Program-made: the position numbers and the translations under genes | Notes under the pieces: model-generated | What the model was told of the DNA's origin: nothing | Database searches by the model: none | The model's input: the letters and a program-made list of their open reading frames with translations, nothing else | Shown: in pieces, positions 24,969 through 38,859 of the stretch | Numbering within the stretch: position 1 is the stretch's first letter | Layout: every line of letters begins with the position of its first letter | Assembly (NCBI GenBank): GCA_054600435.1 | Contig: BAAIJX010000011.1 | Location: forward strand, 1-64,000 | Reading direction: 5' to 3' | Origin: Neophaeotheca triangularis | Lineage: Eukaryota | Length of the DNA stretch: 64,000 bases

Positions 24969-25890
24969 CACTCATCTCTGCTTTAGTCGGGGCGTGCTTT
25001 CACTTGCTGAGGCATGCGGACATACCTTTGATATACATATGATATGATGATAGTAGCTGCCAACCTTAATCATGTAGCACGTTTCCGATACCCCAAGGTC
25101 GCTCTCATCTCAAAGGACACACCGAACAGTCCAACACAACTAAGTAAGCGTACAAGCATAAACAAACTCGGCAACAAACCACGCGTATACTGTGCTCTCC
25201 TCTTCTCCAGCCTTTAGCCACTCAAAGAGCGACCAAAGTACCTGATGAAAAGCGCACAAGGACAAGATCCATCAAAAATTCCGCCAGTGAGGCCCCCGAA
25301 GGAGACTCATGTAAAGACCCTACCGCGCTGTGCAATGCAGAAGGTCCTTGCACCTGGAAGGCATGCGTGAGCGCCCACAGGCTGACAAGGTAAGTATGGG
25401 AGAGGAAGAGGAAAGGGAGAGAAAGTTGCCAGACCGGCGACGCGAAGATATAGTCTAGCGAGGGGGCCCGAGCGCATGTTCGGAGCTTAGACGTGCTGGG
25501 TTATGCTGAGACGTGCTGGGTTTAGCAGCTGCCTAAGGCGGCGATGGTCTTCAGGGCAGCGATGAGATGAAAGTAGATGCGTGAAAGGCGCGCTGAGAAA
25601 GCGTCCCTAATCCCAATAGCGAGCTTTCCAGGCCTTCCGTGACCAAGATACGACAGCCCAAGGATAACCCAGCATTGTCTCGGGAGGTAAACCAGGAACA
25701 CGAAAAGCCCAGGAGTGAGCAACTCGACCTTGCATTTTCAGAGGAGATATATGCCAGACACATTTCTATTCTGCCATGTAATTTTGTAGAGTAGAGTCAA
25801 CCATCCTCCAACGCCGTCGCTGCAAAGCATTCAACCAGCCCCCATTCCAAGTCCCATTCCATCATCATCGCTCTGAACTCGACCACTTCC

Positions 25891-26539
25891 TCAATCACAC
25901 CTCCCATCCTTCCACCCAGTCCTCCACCTCTCCTGCCATTTATCACAGTCAAAGACCCCTTTCCCCAACTTCACATTCACCGCATTATGCGCCTCACACA
26001 TCCACCGCCCAAACTCATCCCGATTACTAACCCTCGGCTCATTACCATCCCGCATCCACGCCCTGAAATCATCCGCGCATACCCAGCACGGGTAAAACTT
26101 CCCAAACAAGCCCATGAACTGCTTCGTCTCCGATTGTTGCGAGGGCGAGGGCCGCTCCGGGTACGCGGCCGCCATAGTGTGCAGGAATGTCCAAGTGGAG
26201 CGTCCGAGCTGGTCGACGTCGGGGGGGCAGTCGGCGCGGGGATCGAGCGCGGTGGTGGCGCCGGCTGTTGGCTCGGTTTTCGAGACTGTCGAGGGCGTAG
26301 GCGAGGTCTGCTTCATCATGGCCATCCAGGAGGCTGTGGAGGTGCAGGAGCGGCATCTGCGGTAAGCTGCTGTTAGTATTGCCGGAGTATCAAGAAGGCG
26401 GATTAATGTTTGTGTCTTACGGTTTCCCGTCCGGTCCCAGCACTACGCCTTTGGGCAAGGGTTTCTGCCCTCCATCGCCGTTGTCGTTGTCGGCTGCAGC
26501 GCGTTGCTGCGGCGTGGCGTCGAGTGGTTGCGGCGGCAT
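25891..26539 (-). CDS. ERV1: FAD-linked sulfhydryl oxidase Erv1/ALR, 2 exons
   Basis: GVVLGPDGKP|CRSC shuttle motif across the intron, CPPDVDQLGRSTWTFLH, YPCWVCA, WMCEAHNAVNVKLGK and RWRTGWKDGRCD. An upstream in-frame ATG at 26608 is possible. Confidence 0.95.
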
Positions 26540-26831
26540 TCCCGTGTTGTTTTCTACCGAGCAAAAAAACCAGGAGAGGATGGGTATATCTGCATTGCCC
26601 GTAGGCATATCGCCATGTCTACTGTAATGAAAGATGATATTACAAATGCAGGTCGTGATCCGTGCGAGATCTTGTCCTGAAGTTGCGGGTTAAGCTTCAA
26701 ATCCGGCGGAAGGGGCCGTGGAGGTGGAGCTGAAAGGAGACACCTCCTGTTAAACAGGGATCTATCAAACAATCAAATTCCAAGCAACACCTTGACACCC
26801 ATAGGAATCCCGGACTGAGATCGCAAAAATC

Positions 26832-27815
26832 ATGGACGGCATCACCAACAGCATTGAAAACCTCGACGTCAATTCCAAACCCGTGTACCTCTTAAAAACA
26901 AAATCCTCCCCCACAGACTCCTACGAAGAACACTTCTCCCACCAACAAAATGGCAACTACGCGCCCATATTCGTCCCAGTTCTAGAGCACAGGTTCCGCG
27001 ACACACCACTCCGCCATCTGAAACGCGCAACGGAGCGCTTCGCTTTCGCCGGAGGCAGTCCCGCCACCGCGCGCCAAAAAGCCACCCACAACCCGGCGCG
27101 CAAATACAGCGGCATCATCTTCACATCGCAACGGGCCGTGGACGCCTTCGCCACCGTTGTCGCCAAGCTCGATCCCGCGAAGTTGGCGATGTATTTCGAT
27201 GCCGAGATGCCGCTGTATGTTGTGGGGCCGGCTACGGCAAAGGGGGTGCGGGCGTTGGGATTGCCTTGTCGGGTGGTGGGGGAGGAGACGGGGACGGGGG
27301 AGAATTTGGCGGGGAGGATTTTGGAGGATCGGAGAGAGGAGGTGGGGAGGGAGGGGAAAGTTACGGAAGGGAGGGTTTTGCCGCTGTTGTTTTTGGTGGG
27401 GGAGCAGAGGAGGGATGTCATTCCGAGGACTTTGCAGAGTGAAGGCTTGGCCGAGGAGGAGAGGGTGAGGGTTGAGGAGGTTGTGGTTTATGAGACGGGG
27501 GAGATGGCGAGTTTTGAGGAGGAGTTTTCGGACTTGTTGGGTGAGGCGCGGAGGAAGGGAGTTAGGGAGCAGTGGGTTGTAGTGTTCTCCCCACAGGGGT
27601 GCGAGGCTATGCTCAATGCTCTTGGATGGCTTGGGGAGGGTGGGAAGTTTAGTGCTGCGAAGAGGGAAGCTGTGAATGGGGAGTTGGTCACGAAAATTGC
27701 CACAATTGGGCCTACGACCAGGGATTATTTGATGCAGGAGTTTGACTTCGAGCCGGATGTTTGTGCTGAGAAGCCCAGTCCAGAGGGAGTCGCTGAAGCT
27801 ATCTCTAAATCATAG
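26832..27815 (+). CDS. HEM4: uroporphyrinogen-III synthase
   Basis: VYLLKTKS, FVPVLEHRF, GIIFTSQRAVDAF, YVVGPAT, LLFLVGEQRRDVIP, VVFSPQG, IGPTTRDYL and KPSPEG. Confidence 0.92.
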   Translation: MDGITNSIENLDVNSKPVYLLKTKSSPTDSYEEHFSHQQNGNYAPIFVPVLEHRFRDTPLRHLKRATERFAFAGGSPATARQKATHNPARKYSGIIFTSQRAVDAFATVVAKLDPAKLAMYFDAEMPLYVVGPATAKGVRALGLPCRVVGEETGTGENLAGRILEDRREEVGREGKVTEGRVLPLLFLVGEQRRDVIPRTLQSEGLAEEERVRVEEVVVYETGEMASFEEEFSDLLGEARRKGVREQWVVVFSPQGCEAMLNALGWLGEGGKFSAAKREAVNGELVTKIATIGPTTRDYLMQEFDFEPDVCAEKPSPEGVAEAISKS

Positions 27816-28659
27816 GCAGAATGGACAAAAAGCCTGACGGGAGGAGCGAGGGCGACGATCTGATCAGCACACGCCAAACCCTCTCAGCGTTTGAATGAGA
27901 GATTGCTGTACGGAGGTTTGGTATCAAAAACCCCGCGTAGGAACCACAACAGTGCGAAAGGCGATTAAAGAATGGACCGGAATGCACTTTTGATTTAATC
28001 ATATGTTTAGTTCTATACCCTCTGTTGATAGGATCTTCATAGATAGTGTACATGCCAACCGCATCTAAATCCTGAGCCCTTCCCCATCAAGAGTCTAGTT
28101 GGCTCCTATCCAATTGCAACGGGACCGACTATGCCTTTACGCGGCGGAAGACGAAGTGGCTGTCGCATTGTCTACCTTGGCGGAATCCAGCGTTGGCCGG
28201 AACATATGAATCGCTGGAGTCTGCACCCCGGCGCTGAACTTCTTCGCTCACAGTGTTTGCTTGGCGCCTTAAGTCCTACGCGATAAAACGCTGCTTTCTT
28301 GGTTCCGATCTGTTTAGGAAGTACTGAGAGATCGAGACAGCGCTAAGAGCTCAGAGTCCGTTGAATCATGGCTCTTGCCGTGATCAGAATTCGCAGCAAG
28401 ATGACCAGGCCTCGAGATGCCTTGGAGAGCTTGCGGAGCGCTTGTTGCTAACCGGAGACAAGCCGCAATTCCGATGCTAGATCTTTAGCTCTGGATTCCC
28501 CAACCCCAAATGCCCAAGGAAAGCATGCTGACCGTGGGAATCATCGCTTCAGTAACGGCGCACAAACAGCGACGGGCATCGAGTCAGTCGTTTCGACCCT
28601 CTTTTGCGCCAGCGCGAAAAAAGGATACCAAAACCTCTCAGCTCTCAGAAAAGCTACCT

Positions 28660-29364
28660 TCACTTCATCCTCATAGCCTCCATGAACATTTCCTTCCTCT
28701 CCAACCCAACCTCTGTCATAACCTCACCCATCCCCCCAACCTCCTTCACCCCGGCCCCATGAGCAAAAGTCCACTCGACATCATCCTCGAGCCTAACCTG
28801 GAAAGCGGCCCAATTCAACTGCTTGAGCTCATTGACATGCTCATAAACAGCTTGCGCCGGACCAGAGTAAAGCAGGACACCAGGATAGCCGGGCTTGGTG
28901 AGGCCGGAGACGCCTGCGCCGGGCGATAAAGCTTGCTTGCGTTTGTTGGTGTTGAGGAGGTGGTGGAGCCAGACAGCCACTGTAGCCTTTTTGCCTTGTT
29001 CGGCGGGCTCATCCCTGCTCTTGGCAGAAATTTCAGAGGCAGGCTCCGGAGCAGCGCTGTCTACAAGTTCCTCGAAACCCTGAGTGATGGAATCCAGAAT
29101 CTCCTCGCCAGTGTCGTAGGTTTGGATCTTCTGCTTGAGCTGGTCACGTAAGTCTTGCTTATGATTGCTGGCATTTGCTGACAAGACTTCAGGTAGTTCG
29201 TTTGTGAGATAGCCGCTGGGTATTCGGAGTATATAGCTTCCGCGATCAGGGGCTGTGTAGGAGAGTTCGCGAGCTTTTGGCTGCCATTGGATTTGATCTG
29301 GGTACATGGATTGTAGCAAGTCGAGCTCTGCCTGGAGCCGGTCTTCTAGCTCTTCTTCCGACAT
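28660..29364 (-). CDS. RWD-domain / DUF1115 protein (RWDD2-like)
   Basis: ELDLLQSMYP RWD start, IPSGY, WLHHLLNTNKRK and GLTKPGYPGVL. Confidence 0.82.
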   Translation of the reverse strand: MSEEELEDRLQAELDLLQSMYPDQIQWQPKARELSYTAPDRGSYILRIPSGYLTNELPEVLSANASNHKQDLRDQLKQKIQTYDTGEEILDSITQGFEELVDSAAPEPASEISAKSRDEPAEQGKKATVAVWLHHLLNTNKRKQALSPGAGVSGLTKPGYPGVLLYSGPAQAVYEHVNELKQLNWAAFQVRLEDDVEWTFAHGAGVKEVGGMGEVMTEVGLERKEMFMEAMRMK

Positions 29365-29857
29365 GATTGAGTCGCCACTTGGATCGATGTCAATGCTCCC
29401 GTACTATTGATAAGAAAGACCTGTATGGGTACAGGAAGTAGGTTATTTCCACGTCTGCCCAACTCGGCAAAGTAGTTGGCAGATTGGAAGCTCCGAAGCT
29501 TCCATCGCGTAAATCGATGTGATCGACGCTAAGAGTGGCGATCTAGATGGCCTGCAAGCCGCATCTGGGGAAAGGACCATACCAGGGCACGTGCTCAGAC
29601 AGATGCCTCGAAAAGACGCGAAATATGTCGTCATGAACATATCAAACGCGTCTTCCATTTGGGCACAAACACGACGGCGTTGTCTTCATTTTCACCTTTC
29701 CCTCAACCCACCCATCAACTCGCAATCCGCCCGGCATCAACGAAAAACGCCATCGAGCTACCAAGATCGGCGTTTACAGCTGTCATTGATTTAGCTACTT
29801 CCCCCCTTCTCTTGTCTGAACTTGTCTCTCCTGTCTACGTCCCTTCCTCCGCACAAA

Positions 29858-31434
29858 ATGGCAGGCACGCGATCATCCGCTCGTCAAGCTGCCAACAACT
29901 CCAGTCCTCAAACAAACTCTCAAAATTCGTCCAGCGGTACCAAACGCAAGGTCGACGCCACCAGCCCTACCAGCGCCAAGAAAGACCGTCCTGCAAAGGA
30001 ACAAAAGACTCTTGAGGAGAGTATGCCAGATCACGACACAGAGATGACCGGCGCCCCTAGCGGTGCTGTCGAACATGCCTCTGAGCTCGATCAAGATCGT
30101 AGGTAACTTACATTCAATTCCTCACCGGCCATGCCCACTGACCTTGAGCTCGTAGCTGCCGAGATTTCTGCCAAATCTGCTGCCAATGGCCAGGGAGGCG
30201 ACTTTGTACGTCCCCCTGGATGCTGGTTCTGGCTCGACAATCAGACGTACGAGAAGAAGGAGTCCAAGGTAGATGGAAGCAAGTTGGTCAAGAAGCCGGG
30301 AGAATCCTTCGAGGGAAAGACCAGCACGGGCGAAGAGAAGAACGATCCGGAGAAATCACTCAAAGATTCACGTGGAGGCAAAGGCGCCAACGTTCTTGAG
30401 AAGGTCAAGGCCGACCCAAACGACGATGGCAAGACGCACAAGGTTGGATCATCAAAGCTGTGACAGGCGGCCTTTGTACCTAGAGCTGACAATGTTAGCA
30501 GAGTGATGATACCAATGGTACCCACGATTCGAACGACACCTCGCAAGCAGCCGGTACAGCTGTTGACGAGGACGACTCTCGTGCCTCAGCTATGCCTTCC
30601 AACGTCCTCGAGAAGGGAATAATATATTTCTTCGTGCGCGGTCGTGTAGGTGTTGACAACCCAGAGAGCCCTCAAGATCTCCAACGCAGCTTCTTTGTAC
30701 TCCGTCCCTTACCTCAAGGTGGCAAGCTCACGCCCGGCGCCATCCAAGATAACAAGCAGAACCGACTCCTCGCACTCCCTAAAAAGGTCTGGCCCAAGTC
30801 CGGCAAAGACAGATTCATGGTCTTTGTAGAAAAAGCCAAGGTTGGTATGGACGAATTGAAGGAGGAATTCTTCTCCGGCTCCGAGTACTCGACCAAAACC
30901 ACAGGCACTAGACAAACGCCAGACATCACACCGGTCGGCGAAGGTGTCTACGCCATGACCACCACCGGCGGCGGCGAGGGTACCACTCATCTCGCCTACC
31001 TCCTTACCATCCCCTCAAGCCCGGGAGACGTGCAAAACGACATCGGCCTGAAATCTCAAGGCTCCTTCGCCCTCTCCCTCAAGAACCCCAAATCCTCCGG
31101 GCCCGCCAACGCCCAACTCGACCAGGGCGCCGACTACCCACAAGAAGTCTTCGACGCTTTCCGCGGCCGCGGCTGGATGCCTCCGAACCCCGGCCACCTC
31201 GACTACCAGAATGCGCAACTCTTGTTGATTGGCGAAGATTTCGAAGGCAGCAACAATCTTGAGCAGCCGGCCAAGGATGAGCGCAAGGGAGACAAGGAAA
31301 CGCCACAAGAGGAGTTGGAGAAGTTGGAAGGCGAGGATGAGATTAGGGTCGAGAAGATGCAGGGGCAGGATGCTGTTTTTGCCGATTTGGGCATAAGTCG
31401 CAGCGAATACCCAGATGTTATGACTACGTGGTAG
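29858..31434 (+). CDS. conserved hypothetical protein (charged disordered N-terminus; C-terminal LEKGIIYFFVRGRV domain), 3 exons
   Basis: ATG 29858 in strong context; introns ~30098-30155 and ~30443-30499 (NAGNAG acceptor) join three ORF-track frames. Confidence 0.8.
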
Positions 31435-33034
31435 ATGTGCTGCGGTTTTGAGCATGGCATGCGTGGCCGTGGAGTTGGGACGGGGAGCTGAGCAATTCCA
31501 CCTGCAGAAAGGCGTAGAAAAGTGATTGCTTCGTCCTAGAAGGAGTGTGTTCTGTAAGCTAGCTGCTTAGCTTTATTACGGTGATTCCGCATCGCTTGTA
31601 CTGTATCTTGTTCTGCGTCACCATTTCGACTCGCCAACAATACCACCAAACTACACTCCACCATCAACCCCGGAAACCGATAAGAGCCTCTCTACCAATC
31701 CAGTCGCAAGCCAAAAACCATCATCCATTGGACGAACAGCCAACCAACCGCAATCCTCCCGGGCGCCTAACAGAGTTTCAAAACAAGGCCCGCTTAAAGG
31801 CCCGACCCACGCCCTTCTGCCCTGGCCCTGAAACTCTCACCTTGGTGTGTAGGAGGAGGTACAAGCGTGGGAACGTCCAGGTTTCAGTCCAGCCTCTTGA
31901 GACACTGGCTGGGAACTCGTAGCCACCTATTTTTGAAACTCGCGCTGCTTGCAAAAAACCAGCTGGAGATTTGGCGGCGCTTCGCGGTTGGTTTTGGGTT
32001 TGAGAAGTTTTCTTTTCGGGATGGTGGTGGTGGTCTTGTTGTGACTTGCCCAGGTGCTGCGAGGGTGATTCGAAACGGGCGTGTGGAGCCGACTGTCCGG
32101 CTGGCCAGCGCGTGGGTTCGGGCCTTGAGGGGTTGGCGGTTATGCGTTTCGGCCGGCGGCTGCGGTTTGCTGTTGCTTGGCTGGTGGGAGACGGGAATTG
32201 AATACATACCTTACCTTACCTAGGTAGCGATCGTAGTCGGCTGTTTCTTCACGACTAGTAATAAAGCCCCACGTTCAGCATCGCGGCCCAAGGTTCAGGC
32301 ACAGGAAAGTCAGAGGCACTGTGATGATCTAACAATCTCGTGATTTAGGCTGCAGTGCATGCCATGGCATTATTGATTGTTAATGATTAATATTATTTGC
32401 GTGTACGAGGCCATCCGCTCGTCAGACACTTTGCTGACTAGTGCACCTACTTAGCCCGTTTCTGCTGTTTTAGCCCCTGTCTCCACGACCCCCACCAAAC
32501 GACTGTCCCCACCAATCCAACTACCACCTTACCTCCTACCTGTACCTGTACCTTACCTTACCTACTACTTACCACTGTCCAGCCAGTCTCACCGCTGCCA
32601 ACTGCCAACTACCAAATACAACCTCCCAGCACTCCCTCTTGTGATACAGCTAACGCTATTGTCGAATACCTACATGCGACAGAATTGAAGAGAACCTAAT
32701 ACGAGGTACGTTTATGCGGGACTGACGGGAACCTTAAGGCTGCAGGCGTGCATTCCGCATCCGGACGACCACGTGGGGCGGGAGACCTGCAAGCTACCTG
32801 AGGTCACCTCTTCCATTTCATTCATGGAACCTCTTCGCTGACTTGCATTGCTTCCTCACCTACAGACACTTTCAACAACCTCTCCCATAGTGGGCAATCC
32901 TTCACTACACAACACTACACAACCTTCCCATTGCTGCGACTTCCACCGCTCGCTCCTACTTCACCAATACTTTCTACCCGCCGCCGCTCCGTCTCCTTCA
33001 CCGCACCCGCTAGTCCCGTTCTCCCGCCAGCACC

Positions 33035-34208
<1,174 letters not shown>

Positions 34209-34522
34209 CTAAAGAATCTCCAACCCTTCCCTTTTCCTTCCGTCATCGTCATACAAGAAAGAAACCGAAAAGCAAAAGAGAAAAAAAAAAGTAAAAAAAG
34301 TAAAGCGCACCCACCGTCTAGCGAAGAACCGCCTCATGACTAACATTCATTCCTAGCCATCACCACCTCTACCCCGACCGGAAATCCAAGTACATCGCCA
34401 ACGGCTACCACGCGGATGGCTATTCTACCGACCGAGAGCCGCGCCAATAGCACAAGACCGGCAAAAAAGGTACTACAGTTGAGAGGACGATTGAGTCGAT
34501 TGAAGTGTGGTGGGAGGACAAT

Positions 34523-34759
34523 ATGCCGCCTAACACAAGTTACCACACCAACGAAAAGTACTACGAATCCCTAGAGCCACAAATGACCCCACCCGCTTAC
34601 CAGAGTCCCGAACAGAGTCCTGACAAGACGCCCGCCACGCCCACCACGTCGCCCACCTATGCCGGCTACCGCGAGCAAATGAACGAGATGAATCGCCGCA
34701 ACATCGAAAGGAACAAGGCGCGTGAAGAACGAAAACAGCGTGCTGACGAGGATGCTTGA
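34523..34759 (+). CDS. small hypothetical protein (78 aa) downstream of the MAPK
   Basis: ATG with A at -3; S/T-P-rich segment followed by a charged helical segment. Confidence 0.35.
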   Translation: MPPNTSYHTNEKYYESLEPQMTPPAYQSPEQSPDKTPATPTTSPTYAGYREQMNEMNRRNIERNKAREERKQRADEDA

Positions 34760-36282
34760 TCAAGATTTTGGGCTGATGATGCGACTTCGACGACTTTCCT
34801 CTCGACTACGGCCTTGACTCCTGCTACTACTTCGCCTTTCTCCACAGCCGCTACGATAGCGTCTTCTCCCTCTCTTTCTCCTACCACGACAACTGCCGCT
34901 ACCGCCGGGTCTGTTTTTGACGGAGGCAGCGAGGCCAGCTGCACGCCATGGTGGACTACGGCTAGGCGCTGGCTCTTCTGAACTCGGTGGACTTCAAGCG
35001 GGGCGTCAAGGTTGAAGGCTGGAACGGAAAGCGAGGCTCCTTTACTCGCTGTCGACGGCGGCGCGGGCTGCTCTACTCTATGAACAGCGGGGGACAATCT
35101 GGACTAGCGTGGGGGGACTTCTTTTGGTATGACGATGACGACGATGGCATGGCCATGGCGTTTTTGTTGTTTTTCGTTTTGTTTTGGATGGGTCTTGTTT
35201 CTCCGTTCATAGGGCTCAGCGGATGGCAGGGTCTTTGTTACCACTACCCAGTCTGTTGGGCTCGATGCTCATGTTGCGTAACGGCTTGAGGGATTCGATG
35301 GGTGGATGAAGGGGATGGGGTTTGAAGCCGAGGGCAGCTAGAATCTGACAGACTAGGTAGCTGTCTGGCGGTCGGTATTCTGATTCAGCTTTTTAACTCG
35401 AATCTTGTTCATGTCTATTGGTGACGGTATTGCCTCGAATGGTACGGACAGATTGGAGTGTATTCTCGGCAGACTCAGCACCATTCACTGGGTGTGATTG
35501 GGGCGTGTGGTCATGTGAAAGGCTAGTGCGGGTGGCTAAGGCTCGAGGAGCGTTGTCTTACTAGGTTGCTGCTCGGGAGACGGAGATGGATGTGTAAGTC
35601 GATGCAAAGGAAATGTAACCGAAAGCATTTTAATGATAAGGTACATCAGACTTTGAATTCAATGCACTATTAGCAAAGAATGCTTCTTAGCTGTGGAACG
35701 ATGCCCAACTCACTTATACCAGTCTCCTTTACCGGCTTCAATGATTCCGCTGCTCCTTGTACTGAGACCGAGGCGCCATCGGCCATCATGGAGGATGAAA
35801 AGGACGCAAGGCTGACCAGCCTTGCGCACATCACTTGCGAGCTCCCTCATCAAGTCAATGGCTCACTACGCGCTGCAGGCTGACCACAGCAACGATGGGT
35901 TCGATTGACACCAGGCCTCGGATTCGAGCATCTGTGGGATTCAGTCTTTTCAGCTGGAGAACGCCTCGCAGGAATGCATTGTCTCCCGGCCTTGACAAGA
36001 ACAGTGGGAATTCTACGTATCAAGGTAGGCGACTGGTGCGGTCGAGGCCAATGAGAGTAAGGGGTTTTTGCCACCAGCTAATGGCTGGGGAACACGTCTA
36101 GGTACTTGACGAGCATTTGAGGCGGTCGGCTTTGCTTTTGGGATGAGGTGACAGCGATCCAGCCTGGTGTGAATACCGGGTGCTTTTTATTCTCTTCGCT
36201 CTCTTTCTCTCAAGCCCTTTTCCTCCTTGTTCACCTACTCTTCGGCTTCTCTGACCACTCTCCATCTTTGCCGTCCGTAAAG

Positions 36283-38754
36283 ATGGGTTCCCTAGACGGC
36301 GATCCCGCACATGCCAAGCGACCAGGCATTCTTCTTAGGGATCTCGCAACTGGAAGCGAAATATTCTTTTCATATGCGAGTAGCAGAGATACAGCATCTA
36401 TCCTTCCGCAAGACATCACAACGCCTTCTGAGCCACCTCAGGCGAATCAGTAAGACTTTATCGGCATCAACTGCTGGCTCGCATGCTCATGTTGGTCAGG
36501 TCGAAACAATTCAGAAGCACGACGATCGAGTCTCAAACAGACTTGATCCCTCCATCGGAAACTTCATCAAGATCGAAGGAACAGGATGCTTCCTCCTCGC
36601 TGCTTCGGACGCTGCTACACACTTTGCGGCTCGGCTTACTGTACAGCCTCCTATCCAAGCTCAGAGCCAGATTACCAGGACGGCGAAACCATATCGAAGA
36701 GCAAGAGAAGGTTGCCATCTACCAAAGCCGGAAATATGCCGTGGTGCAGTGCTCTATCCACATTATCCCAGTGCTTGGGGCCGGAATTCTCGTCGGGCTC
36801 AATATTCACGAGCTCTATATAGGTGGAGAGCTTGCCGGAGAGCAAGGCAAGGACTCGGAGAAATTGGCTGCTCTGCTCTTTGCAGCTAAGCTTCATGAGC
36901 TATTCATGCTCGCGTCTCTCAGTGTCATTGCTTTCACAGCGATACGTCGAGAGCTCGCAGCTGCAGATGGGCTGCCGTTTGGAGCAATGTTCACCGGCTT
37001 GCAGATCAGCTCGCTGAGTACATTGTGGTCAATGGAGTTTATCTCACTGATTTGCCATGCGTATGCACAGTCCAAGGGCGGAAGACGAAGGAAATGGTCG
37101 CTCGTACTGCTACTGGTAGTGTGCATTCTACTTGGAGCTACGGTCGGACCTTCCACTGCAAACCTAATGCAGCCCCGATTGGATGATTGGCCAGCAGGAG
37201 GAACCGACTTCTACCTCAGCACACTTGAGTCGGAGCTTTATCCTCTCGAGATCGCTAACAAACCCGAACTTGAGTCTTGCCGATCTTGGACGGGTGATGA
37301 AGCCTGCCTCTACGCTGGTTACGATAGAATCGCGCGAGACTTCATGGCCTTCTGGCCGAATTTGACTGGCATGGATAACTTGCCTGAGGAAATAATGATG
37401 CCGAGCCGTCACGCATTCATGCAGATGTCGTTTCGCACTCGTGCCGAAGGGATCCTCTGGAACCGTCAGTGGACCTCGACAACCGTGAGCCCTGCTGGAG
37501 TCTCTGATGCCTTGACACAGACCGCACAACTCTGGGCATATGCTGCGGCGAACGCTGAGAAGAAGAAAAGATTTCGTTATCGCAAGGACGCAACATTCGC
37601 CGTTGATACCCGTCAGCCTGTAGTCATGGCTCGTTGCTTCGACTTCAACTCAACCGTAGAGGCTGTAGATAATGAAGTTTACTTCCCGAACCTCGACATC
37701 AACAATGACCCCGTCGAAGGGCCTCGTGTTGACCGTCCAAAGCATTGACCCAGCCGAGTCATTGCGCATCAAGGAATGGATATCTTCTCGTCAGACTCCA
37801 GACGTGCTCTGGATCGACGAGCAGTACCTAGGAGTAAACGCACCGGCACGCTCGATTGACCTGGTCGTTACCATCCCGCAAGACACACGGGAGCGATCCA
37901 AGCACTACTGCTGCGGGATAGATGCTCGACTAGCGCCGGTCACCATGTACACGAACCGCAACAAAGTCAAGCACATGAGAGGGTTTCCAGACTCATGGGC
38001 CGACACAGGGACCTACAACGAGTCCTGGCCCCAACTCCGCCTTGCCGCAAACTGGGCGGAAAACATCACTCCCACCCTAACCGATGACCGCAACAACTCC
38101 ATCCGACCATTCGCAGAACTCGTCAGCGCTGGCGGCCTCTGGAACTCGTCAACGAAAACGCCGCCCTGGCAGACGGACACGGGGATAGTAGAATCAGCCC
38201 TCGCGAGCCTCGTATCAAACGCGCTCTCTCGCATCTCCTACAACACCTCCATGGTCGGCACTCTCCGCGGCATGAACCAGCCAAACAACCCTTGGTCTGG
38301 CGGAGCTTTCGCCAACGAATTCCTACCGCAGGGCCAGCTCGGCAAAGGCGGCAAAGCCTACCAGATCTCCCCGGCTGAGCTCGCGCGCGCCACCATCCTC
38401 ACCATGGAAGCAAAGGCCGAAGGCTACGCTTACAGTCGCTCAAGCGGAACGACCAAGTCCGCAATGTGTGTCTTGGGCGTTTATGCTGTTTTGGCTCTCG
38501 GTCACATTGCTTTTGCTTGCATCACCGGGTGGAGCTCCAATTGCTGGGACACGGCTTCGGAGATTGCGGTTCTGGCTTTTAATACGGCGTCCAGTGATAC
38601 TTTTAAGAATACAGGTGCTGGGATTCGCACGATGGGGACTTATTCGAAGCCGATACAGGTGGTTGCTAAGGATGGGAAATTGGTGATTGCGACTTTGGAG
38701 AGGAGCTTGTCGCAGTCGCATGAGAAGATTAAACCTGGTCAAGCGTATGGGTAG
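36283..38754 (+). CDS. hypothetical multi-pass membrane protein; frame switch near 37665-37748
   Basis: Exon 1 36283-36448, intron 36449-36499, hydrophobic helices (LLFAAKLHELFMLASL…GLPFG), a luminal domain and a C-terminal TM with WDTASEIAVLA. The two long ORFs overlap in different frames. Confidence 0.7.
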
Positions 38755-38859
38755 TTGAGTTCAACAATCTCTATACCCGTTGCCGTTGCTTCTTTGATAC
38801 TAGCTGATGAACTAGAGCCATATGTTTCTTCTTCGCTCAGTCTAGCCCTTTGGTATCAC

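Noticed and set aside
25891..27815. Divergent ERV1/HEM4 pair as an iron/heme regulon
   Set aside because: Short divergent promoters are common in this window and I saw no ATCWGATAA motif between them.
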